Source of the DNA: a virus
Length of the DNA stretch: 64,000 nt
Virus record (IMG/VR): IMGVR_UViG_3300021478_000002
Coordinates: 6,798-70,797 of that record
Strand: one strand, 5' to 3'
A program made the position numbers and the translations under genes. Positions 1 to 7,352 of this stretch are shown one piece after another. Every line of letters begins with the position of its first letter. Position 1 is the first letter of the stretch. The notes under the pieces are model-generated. The model was not told the origin of the DNA and searched no databases. It saw only the letters and a program-made list of their open reading frames with translations.

Positions 1-137
1 GGGTCGCCGCCCAGGTGGCGTTCACGGGTGGAGGCCGGGCGTTGACTGAGTACGTTTTGAACAATCAGCGGCGCTACATGGCGAACCTGGGTCTGGGCAC
101 CACCATTGAGGACGTGCCGGGCCGCAGGGCGATGTAA
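1..137 (+). CDS. 3' end of an upstream head gene (possibly scaffold/protease), partial
   Basis: Open frame VAAQVAF...GRRAM ends TAA at 137, followed by GGAGG RBS of the next gene; function inferred from position only. Confidence 0.5.
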   Translation, partial: VAAQVAFTGGGRALTEYVLNNQRRYMANLGLGTTIEDVPGRRAM

Positions 138-146
138 GGAGGAACG

Positions 147-551
147 ATGCCGTACAACGAAGGAATGCTCAACACTTTCAGCGCCCCTGCCGGGGCCGAT
201 CTGAGCGGCAAGCAATTCTATGGCGTGGCGCTGGTCAACGACACCAACAACCCTCCCGGTGTGCACGTGGCGCTCGGCGTGGCCGCCAAAGGGATTGCGG
301 GCGTACTGCAGAACAATCCGCTGATGGGGCAGGCCGCCTGCTATCAGTCCAGCGGAATTACCAAGGTGGCCATTTCCGCCAGCCAGACGATTGTGGGCGG
401 CACCACCCTGCTTGATTTGGACGTCGGCGGGACCTTTACCGCGCATGCGGCGGGCACGGCTGTTGCCCAGGCCCTGGAGAGTGTGGCCCCGGTAGCGAAC
501 ATTATGATCATCAGCGCCAAGCTGATGCCGAGCAATTTGCCCACTGCGTAA
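147..551 (+). CDS. Capsid cement/decoration protein (DUF2190-like)
   Basis: GGAGG RBS; AGADLSGKQFY...GVLQNNP...GITKV motifs; directly upstream of major capsid. Confidence 0.75.
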   Translation: MPYNEGMLNTFSAPAGADLSGKQFYGVALVNDTNNPPGVHVALGVAAKGIAGVLQNNPLMGQAACYQSSGITKVAISASQTIVGGTTLLDLDVGGTFTAHAAGTAVAQALESVAPVANIMIISAKLMPSNLPTA

Positions 552-580
552 GCTTTTTGTTTTTTTGAGTGTGTTTTGCC

Positions 581-623
581 GGGCCTTGACGGGTAGGCCC
601 TAACCCCAAAGTGATAACATCCC
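581..623 (+). ncRNA. Candidate structured RNA motif (H-type pseudoknot), copy 1
   Basis: GGGCCT-loop-AGGCCC TAACCCCAAAGTGATAACATCCC; similar copies at 53024 and 53930. Confidence 0.55.
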
Positions 624-715
624 GCCCTTGAGAGACGCACATTTCCGTGCGCCTTTTCCCAACCAATCTATTTTCACTGCCGGTCAGTATTGGCCGTGTG
701 AGGAGTTAAGGAACG

Positions 716-1798
716 ATGGCTCAACCTACCATGTCCGATTTGCACGTCAACGCTCTGCTGACTGACATGAGCGCGATGTACGCGCAAGAGGAGACCGTTT
801 TCATCGCGCGCGATGTGTTTCCCATCGTGAGCGTAACCAAGGTGTCTGACCGGTACACCGTCTATTCGCGCGCCGACTTTAACCGCAACCAGATGCAGAA
901 GCGTGCGCCCGGCACGACCGTCAAGAACATCGGCTACCGGGTCGACACCAACCCGACGTACCTCTGTGACGTCTGGGCGCTGGGCAAGACGATTGACGAT
1001 CAGGTGCGCGGCAACGCGGACTCAATCTTCAATCTCGACCTGGAGGCCACACGGCTGCTCACCACGCAGTCGTTGATCAATCGCGAGTACGCCTGGATGA
1101 GTACCTTCTTCCAGCCCGGCGTCTGGAGCAACCTGTGGACCGGCGGAGCGGCGGCGACCCCTCCCTATCCCACGGTTCCGGCCACTTCGCCCGCCAGCAG
1201 CTACACGTTTATGAAATGGAGCAATGCGTCCTCTACGCCTATCCAGGACGTACGCCAGCTCAAGCAGATCGTGCAGCTCACCAGCGGCGGCTTCCGCCCC
1301 AACCGCATGGTGATCGGTCGGCCCGTCTTCGATGTGCTGCTCGACCATCCCGAGTTCGTGGACCGCGTCAAGTACGGCCAGACCGCGCCCAAGCCCGCGC
1401 AGGTGATTCTCGACACGCTGGCCGCGATCTTCGAAATGGATCGCGTGCATGTCAGCGATGCGATCTACAACACCGCCGCTGAAGCCGCCGGTGTGGACTC
1501 TGGCGCGACGTATGTTCCTCCCGCGTACAACCAGGGCATCAACGCCGGTGAGTCGAATGCCTTCCTCGCTGGCCCCAACGTGTGGCTCGGCTATACGCCG
1601 AGCGCGCCCGGCATCATGACGCCCGCATGCGGCTACACGTTCGCGTGGTCAGGCTACTTCGGAGCCACCCAGACCGGAGAACGCCTCTCCAGCTACTACT
1701 TCCAACCCGACCGCAGCACGCACGTCGAGATCGAAAGCGCGTACGTCCACAAGGTCATCAGCGCCGACATGGGCGGCTTTCTCGCGGGCTGCATTTAA
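716..1798 (+). CDS. Major capsid protein
   Basis: 360 aa; LTDMSAMYAQ...FIARDVFPIVSV, RPNRMVIG...LLDHPEFVDRVKY and GYTFAW motifs typical of phage capsid E-like proteins; synteny. Confidence 0.9.
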   Translation: MAQPTMSDLHVNALLTDMSAMYAQEETVFIARDVFPIVSVTKVSDRYTVYSRADFNRNQMQKRAPGTTVKNIGYRVDTNPTYLCDVWALGKTIDDQVRGNADSIFNLDLEATRLLTTQSLINREYAWMSTFFQPGVWSNLWTGGAAATPPYPTVPATSPASSYTFMKWSNASSTPIQDVRQLKQIVQLTSGGFRPNRMVIGRPVFDVLLDHPEFVDRVKYGQTAPKPAQVILDTLAAIFEMDRVHVSDAIYNTAAEAAGVDSGATYVPPAYNQGINAGESNAFLAGPNVWLGYTPSAPGIMTPACGYTFAWSGYFGATQTGERLSSYYFQPDRSTHVEIESAYVHKVISADMGGFLAGCI

Positions 1799-1808
1799 GG
1801 AGTTGACC

Positions 1809-2609
1809 ATGGGAATCGCATTAGAGATCCTGCGCAGGCGCAGGCCACCGGTCAAATCCGATCTGCCGCCGGAGCTGCCGGTCAAGCAGGGTGACGAGCC
1901 CACTGAAGAGCAGAAGGCCACGGTGCTGCGCGAGGCGGTCAACTACTATATCCGCTCCGGCCTCCGAGCGCCCGACGTCCGCGCGATCTGCGAGGAGTTC
2001 TGCGCGGCCATCGATGCGGCGGCGGGCGGCGGCGGAGTGTCTGGCGATGTGACGGTCTTGCCGACCAGCGCGACCGCGCCAGCCGAGGCTGGGACCGGGA
2101 CTTTCGCTGTGTCCCTGACCAGCGAAGGCTCATGGATGGCGACTGCGATAGATCCGTGGCTGCACATTGATTCGCCGACGGGACCGCAGACGGCATCTGG
2201 GACGGTGGAGTTCAGCATGGAGGCGAATAACGGGGTAGTGGGACAGCCCCCTGCGGATCGGGTAGGGACGGTCGCCGTGAATAACGCAATATTCGAAGTG
2301 ACCCAAAGTCCGTGGGACGTGCTGCCGGTGGAGCTATCGCCGAAGGAAGCGACGTTGGCTGCGACGTCAAGTGTGGGGAATAAGTTCGATGTGACGATCA
2401 CGGGATCGGGGACAAGTGGGACGTGGACGGTGGATATCGAGAATGCAGCCAGACTGTGGCTGATCGTGGCCTCTCCCACGGCACCGCAGAGTACCAACGG
2501 CACGGTGACGTATAGCGTGCAGGCAAACGCGCTCACAACTGAGCGGACGGGCAAGTTCTTCGTGAACGGCCAGCCCTTCACGGTTACTCAAGCCGCCGGA
2601 GGCGTATGA
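1809..2609 (+). CDS. Virion-associated protein with two BACON/Ig-like domains
   Basis: Two repeats of W..W L.(I/V).SPT.PQ...GTV...(E/Q)AN...R.G...VN...F.VTQ; AGGAG RBS. Confidence 0.7.
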   Translation: MGIALEILRRRRPPVKSDLPPELPVKQGDEPTEEQKATVLREAVNYYIRSGLRAPDVRAICEEFCAAIDAAAGGGGVSGDVTVLPTSATAPAEAGTGTFAVSLTSEGSWMATAIDPWLHIDSPTGPQTASGTVEFSMEANNGVVGQPPADRVGTVAVNNAIFEVTQSPWDVLPVELSPKEATLAATSSVGNKFDVTITGSGTSGTWTVDIENAARLWLIVASPTAPQSTNGTVTYSVQANALTTERTGKFFVNGQPFTVTQAAGGV

Positions 2610-2971
2610 TCCACGACCTCATACCATGGCGTACATTGACGCGCACCGGCATTCCGGCGCTCAAGGTGACCCGCCGTCAGATCGTGCTCGGTGAGGTGAT
2701 CGTGCCGGTCGGCGAGACGCTCGATCCCGAGCTGCTCCCTCTGCAGATCCGCCGCGAGCGGCTGCGCCAGTTCTACGAGCAGCGTTTGCTGGAGCCGGTC
2801 AGCGCGCCCAAAGACTCCCGGCAGTTCTACCGCGAGCAGCTCGCGCGCGCGCAGGGCCAGGAGGTTCCGATCACGCCGATCCAGCCGGTCGCCTCGCAGA
2901 TCGTGGCTGACCTGCCAGCCATCGAAGTTGAAGTGGAAGCGGCGAAGCGCAGGCCGAAAGGAGCCAAGTAG
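2606..2971 (+). CDS. Hypothetical head-associated protein
   Basis: ATGA overlap with previous gene; position. Confidence 0.6.
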   Translation: MIHDLIPWRTLTRTGIPALKVTRRQIVLGEVIVPVGETLDPELLPLQIRRERLRQFYEQRLLEPVSAPKDSRQFYREQLARAQGQEVPITPIQPVASQIVADLPAIEVEVEAAKRRPKGAK

Positions 2972-3327
2972 TGGACTTCGATTCGTTGGTAGCCACGATG
3001 GACGACACGCTGGTCGCGACCTTTCAGAAAGTCGACCCGGCGGCAGGTGTTCTCCAGGTCACGCTGCATCCCAACGACGCGACCGGCGACGTCACGGTGT
3101 CCTGCATTGTGAAGAACCCGATCATGGAAGAGGATTATACGCCGGGCAGCCAGACCGGCACCTCCATGCTGACCCTGTTCATCCCGGCATCGGCTGGCGT
3201 GGTGGCGCTGCGCGGCCAGACAGCGACCTACAACGGCGTCGACTACGACGTCCTGCAATCCGATGCCGACCGCTGCGGCGGCGTGCATATCCGCATGCGC
3301 GCACGCACGCAGCCGTACAGCCAGTGA
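2971..3327 (+). CDS. Head-tail joining/closure protein (gpFII-like)
   Basis: 118 aa beta-rich protein; position between head and tail genes. Confidence 0.6.
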   Translation: MDFDSLVATMDDTLVATFQKVDPAAGVLQVTLHPNDATGDVTVSCIVKNPIMEEDYTPGSQTGTSMLTLFIPASAGVVALRGQTATYNGVDYDVLQSDADRCGGVHIRMRARTQPYSQ

Positions 3328-3337
3328 GGCCTATTGA

Positions 3338-3985
3338 ATGCTCGACCCGGATATCGTTCTCAGTTCGGTGCTGGCCTCGCTGCAATCGATCCCTGATTTG
3401 GCGACGGAACTGGGTGCGCCCACTATCCCAGCGACCGACTCGATTACGGGCCATTTTTTTTATAGCGGCGAGGAGAACGCCTACATCCGCTCGCTCGCGC
3501 TGATGAAGAGCCCCTCCATCCTGCTGGCCTACCTCGATTACATCATGGGCAACTATGATGGCATGACCGTCTGGAAGCACCGGATGAATCTCTGCATCCG
3601 CTCGCGCAATAAGGCGTCCAACGGCAGCGCCGCCACAGCGCAGCATATCTGGTGGATGGCCATGAACCTGCCGATCTCGGTGCCGCAGGTCGCGCCCAAC
3701 ATCCGCTACGTGGATCTGGCGGGCGGCATGCTGTGGCTCTTCGAGACCAATCTGAAGCACCAGACGGACGAGCTGGGCCAGGACTTCTTCATTGGCACCA
3801 TGGTCTTCAACGAATACGGTGACGCGGGACCGGACGGCCAGGAGTTCCTGAACGTTGGGCCCAGCAGGCTGGTTCAGCTTGCGCCCACGGTTGACGGCTT
3901 CGCGCATGCGATCAGGCAGAATTTATCCGCCGACGAACGGCGACAGCTCCTCGAAGGAATCACAGAGGAACAAGGAGTCAGTTAA
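3338..3985 (+). CDS. Putative tail terminator/completion protein
   Basis: Immediately upstream of tail tube gene; size. Confidence 0.5.
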   Translation: MLDPDIVLSSVLASLQSIPDLATELGAPTIPATDSITGHFFYSGEENAYIRSLALMKSPSILLAYLDYIMGNYDGMTVWKHRMNLCIRSRNKASNGSAATAQHIWWMAMNLPISVPQVAPNIRYVDLAGGMLWLFETNLKHQTDELGQDFFIGTMVFNEYGDAGPDGQEFLNVGPSRLVQLAPTVDGFAHAIRQNLSADERRQLLEGITEEQGVS

Positions 3986-5013
3986 TGGCGACACGCATAC
4001 AAAATAAAATTCTCGGCCTGGGACTGCACCGGCAGGCCGACATCGTCACAGCCAACACTACGTTCCTCCGTTTCCGCCAGCTCAACGCGGAGCTTGCGCC
4101 GAGCGGTTTCCTCACCGAGAACGACGCCAACGAAATCGGCAAGGGCAATGAGTTCATCTCCGCCAGCGGCGTGTACCCGGTCTCTTACAACCCGCTGGCC
4201 AGGATTGACAAGTATTCGTCGGCGGAGTTCATGACCTGGGCGTTTGCCTTCGCGCTGGGTAAGGTCGCCGAAGCCACCGGCGACTACACTCTTACGCCCA
4301 TCGATCCCTGCATTGACGGCCTGGAATTGCCGTACTTTACCGTGGTCGAGCAGGTGTGCGAATCCGGCGGGCAGGCGTTGGACGATGCCTTTATCGGCTG
4401 CGCCATCGAGGACGTCACCTACGATTTCAATTACGGGCCGGGCCGTCAATCGGGCCGGGTGACGTGCAACTGGGTCGGTTCCGGCAAGATGGCAACGCCG
4501 TCTACCGTGACAGTCCCTCCCGCTGTCAGCGAGCACTACATGCTGACCGGCTCGATGCAGTTGACGATTAACGGAATCAATTACATCACCGCCAAGACGA
4601 TCCTGTCAGGCCAGATTGCCTGGAAGAACAACCTGCTGGTCGGCCCTGGTTTCTTCCCCGGCAGCGGCATGCAGAACGGCGCAGCCATCCGTGGGCGCAT
4701 CGAAATCGGCCCGCGCGCGTCTACCTTCACCTTCACCGCGCGCCTATTGAAAAGTTCGACGGAGTACGCGCTGCTCATCGGGCAGAATACCGGCACGGCC
4801 ACCATCACCGTGAGCTTCGACGCCACCCACACCATGACCTTCACTTATCCGAGCATCCAGTACGAGGCGGTGGTGAACGGCGAGCAGGACGGCATCGTCA
4901 GCGTTACGGTCACCGTCGCGACCAAATACGATCCCACCCTTGGCGTGCTCACCATCACCTCGCAATGCGGCATCACCGGCATCGCGCAGGCTGGCACCCT
5001 GATTACGGGATAA
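3985..5013 (+). CDS. Major tail tube protein
   Basis: 342 aa, Thr/Gly beta-rich; followed by frameshifting chaperone; no sheath gene in window. Confidence 0.75.
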   Translation: MATRIQNKILGLGLHRQADIVTANTTFLRFRQLNAELAPSGFLTENDANEIGKGNEFISASGVYPVSYNPLARIDKYSSAEFMTWAFAFALGKVAEATGDYTLTPIDPCIDGLELPYFTVVEQVCESGGQALDDAFIGCAIEDVTYDFNYGPGRQSGRVTCNWVGSGKMATPSTVTVPPAVSEHYMLTGSMQLTINGINYITAKTILSGQIAWKNNLLVGPGFFPGSGMQNGAAIRGRIEIGPRASTFTFTARLLKSSTEYALLIGQNTGTATITVSFDATHTMTFTYPSIQYEAVVNGEQDGIVSVTVTVATKYDPTLGVLTITSQCGITGIAQAGTLITG

Positions 5014-5023
5014 GGAGCTGGAT

Positions 5024-5284
5024 ATGGCCCTTGGCAGCAACTCGAAAACGAACGTCGGGATACGGCGGTTCATTTACACCACGACTCCGCCGGGATACCG
5101 CAACTTCGAACCCAACGGCACGCAGACGTACGTGGTTACGTCGAGCCACGGCTACGTCCACGCGGGCAATGCCTATGCGAAGGGCCAGACCATTGCCTAC
5201 GACGCCGCTGGCGGCACGCTGTACAGCAACCTCGCGCGTCTGGAGCGCAGCTTCAATGGCCATTTGATTGATCCGTCGAGCTAG
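5024..5284 (+). CDS. Hypothetical protein
   Basis: AAGGAG RBS; 86 aa. Confidence 0.55.
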   Translation: MALGSNSKTNVGIRRFIYTTTPPGYRNFEPNGTQTYVVTSSHGYVHAGNAYAKGQTIAYDAAGGTLYSNLARLERSFNGHLIDPSS

Positions 5285-5295
5285 AGGAGAACTGA

Positions 5296-6000
5296 ATGTA
5301 CGGTGAGCTGTTTCTCATCAAAACGACGCAGGGCGGCGAGATTCCGGCGATCCCCATCGTCATCCAGAACCCGGCCAAGGTCGCGGCGCTGCGTCTCCCG
5401 ACCGCCGAGGAGATCAGCGCCTATACCGGCAGCATCCGGCAGGTGATCCACCGGCTGGGCCGCCGCCAGAGCGAAGATCGCGACGTGCCCAACACCGAGG
5501 CCGAGCGCAAGCTCTTCGACGCGATCCGTCTGGACAGAACCGGCGACGAGTTCGACGAAGCGGAGATGCGCCACTCCATCGATCTGGTGTTGCGCCACAA
5601 CGTGATCGCCTGTGAGCGCGACGGCGATCAGTACGTGATCAAAGTCAACACCCTCTGGGGCGTTACCTCTCACACCTGCCGTATCCCCACCACGCGCGAA
5701 CTGCAGAACTACCGGGAAGGCGTCATCAAGTCGCGCGAGCTGCCCCACAACGTCGAGGAGCGCCGCTTCCCGCCGGAAGCGCCGGTGCAGTTCTATAACG
5801 CGATCATCACGGCGGTAGAAGGGTACGCGCCGCAGTTCAACGTGCCCATCGGCACCGTCAACGGCAACCGGCATGTGCTCGAAGGCGCGGAGCTGAAGGC
5901 GCTCCTGCCGCAGATCCCGCCGCACCATAAACGCAGCGTGGCGGGCGAAGTCTCCAGCGCACTCTATGATCTCGACCCGCAACTTGACCCAAACGCATAG
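5296..6000 (+). CDS. Tail assembly chaperone (gpG-like)
   Basis: After tail tube; ends ...LDPNA over slippery heptamer C CCA AAC. Confidence 0.75.
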   Translation: MYGELFLIKTTQGGEIPAIPIVIQNPAKVAALRLPTAEEISAYTGSIRQVIHRLGRRQSEDRDVPNTEAERKLFDAIRLDRTGDEFDEAEMRHSIDLVLRHNVIACERDGDQYVIKVNTLWGVTSHTCRIPTTRELQNYREGVIKSRELPHNVEERRFPPEAPVQFYNAIITAVEGYAPQFNVPIGTVNGNRHVLEGAELKALLPQIPPHHKRSVAGEVSSALYDLDPQLDPNA

Positions 6001-6488
6001 AGCCGGAAGAGTGGCCATACCCGCTACCGCTCCGGCTGCTGATCTACCGGCTGCTGCGCGGCGAGGAGCTGTGCCGTGGCGAGGACCAGGGCGCGAGCGC
6101 GTGCCCGCTGGCCGACACGGTGCGCTGCGTGGCCTGCGGCTATCGCTGGAAGGCCGACGACGTGAACGTGCCCGGCCCGTGCCCTTCCTGCGATCAGAAT
6201 GCCTCCGTGGCCGAGCGCTGCGAGAGCTGCCCGGTGGTGGAAGTGGAGCACTACCGTGCGACCACGCCGAGCGGCCAGCTCCTGGACCGCGTGCTGGAAC
6301 ACGAGTTCGACACGAAGCACTACCGGGTCGATCCCGGCGACGTCAGCGCGGAAGTCAGGGAAGGCTTGAAGGTGCTGGAACACGAGCGAACGCGATGGGA
6401 AAAGGAAACGCGCGAGAAGGCCGACCAGGAGCGCGAGGAGCAGCAGCGGATACGGGAGATGCAGCGGAAGCAGGGGCGAGGGTTCTAG
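5988..6488 (+). CDS. Tail assembly chaperone gpT-like extension reached by -1 frameshift
   Basis: CCCAAAC at 5988-5994 phased X XXY YYZ; -1 frame open from 5988 (KRIEPEEWPYPLPL...) to 6488 without an obvious early ATG/RBS. Confidence 0.75.
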   Translation, partial: PKRIEPEEWPYPLPLRLLIYRLLRGEELCRGEDQGASACPLADTVRCVACGYRWKADDVNVPGPCPSCDQNASVAERCESCPVVEVEHYRATTPSGQLLDRVLEHEFDTKHYRVDPGDVSAEVREGLKVLEHERTRWEKETREKADQEREEQQRIREMQRKQGRGF

Positions 6489-6790
6489 CGACCTATTCCA
6501 TGCTCCCGGCAATTACCCAGGACAGAGAGCATATCGGACGTCATTTCGGAGAGCCTCATTTTTCGCAAATACGTGCAAGTCTCCACCATCATTTCGGCGT
6601 CCTTGGGGTTCAGCGGAGTGACGCTACCGTCCTTGTGTGTCACGAATGTCTGGCCCGCGAGCTGCCGAGCCTCAGCCCTTTGCTGCACCTCCAAGCCCCG
6701 AACGTCGTTGGACGTCTGGACTACCGCAATGATCACGCAAATAACGAGGTACGCGAGGCAGGCAACACCGAAGTATTTCACGATTTTCAT
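6485..6790 (-). CDS. Small membrane-anchored/exported protein (moron-like)
   Basis: Opposite strand inside tail operon; N-terminal hydrophobic helix YFGVACLAYLVICVIIAVV. Confidence 0.6.
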   Translation of the reverse strand: MKIVKYFGVACLAYLVICVIIAVVQTSNDVRGLEVQQRAEARQLAGQTFVTHKDGSVTPLNPKDAEMMVETCTYLRKMRLSEMTSDMLSVLGNCREHGIGR

Positions 6791-6866
6791 AGATCTTCAG
6801 GCTACCAACCTGTGGAAAACGCAGGCAATAGTTCGTGGGATAAATCTGGGAAAGTTGGGGCGAAAC

Positions 6867-7352
6867 ATGGCTGCTTTTGAAACTCGCATCACCTACTCCA
6901 AGCTCTCGTTTTCGCCGATTGCGACCGAAGACATGGCGGCCATCGGCGGCATCGTGCTCGACCACATGAAGGCCCGCATCCAGGCGCATGTGGACTGGGA
7001 TGACAATCCCGCCAGACCGCTGAAGCCAAGCTACGCGCAGGAGAAGGTAAAGGGCAGGCGCGTGGCCTTGACCGGCGGGCAGCTTTTTCGCGGCCAACCC
7101 TTCCGCGATTGGACGCTGCGCGGGCGCACGATGCAATCGCTGAAAGTGAAATCGGTGTCTCAGGATCAGGTGACCATCGGGCCGGTCTCAGAGGAGGCCT
7201 CCAAGATCATCAACGCGCGCAATCCGCTCGATCATATGTGGGCGATGTCGCCGAGCGATACCGAGGTTCTGCACGAAGCCGTTTACAACACCATAATGCA
7301 GACCGTGCGCGTGCGACTCCAGCCGACCGGCGAAGTGAGGATGGTCGCCTAA
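6867..7352 (+). CDS. Virion morphogenesis/tail completion protein (HK97 gp10/Mu gpG-like)
   Basis: PLKPSYAQEK...DWTLRGRTMQSLKV motif; ATG at 6867 preferred to the ORF-track start. Confidence 0.6.
   Translation: MAAFETRITYSKLSFSPIATEDMAAIGGIVLDHMKARIQAHVDWDDNPARPLKPSYAQEKVKGRRVALTGGQLFRGQPFRDWTLRGRTMQSLKVKSVSQDQVTIGPVSEEASKIINARNPLDHMWAMSPSDTEVLHEAVYNTIMQTVRVRLQPTGEVRMVA

Noticed and set aside
581-623. Pistol, twister, HDV-like ribozyme or preQ1/SAM-II riboswitch identity for the repeated motif
   Set aside because: Minus strand has GGTTAGGGCC as in a pistol P1 loop, but the downstream GCCCTAA partner and core are missing; other class consensus elements not seen. Needs a real Rfam scan
344-640. 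Minus-strand ORFs sharing GCYHFGVRA (344-640 and 53546-53974)
   Set aside because: The shared peptide is just the reverse translation of the repeated motif; both are antisense to real genes
7109-7351. Extended tape measure start at 7109 (and start 6573 for the preceding gene)
   Set aside because: Both overlap other genes; ATG starts at 7352 and 6867 fit better
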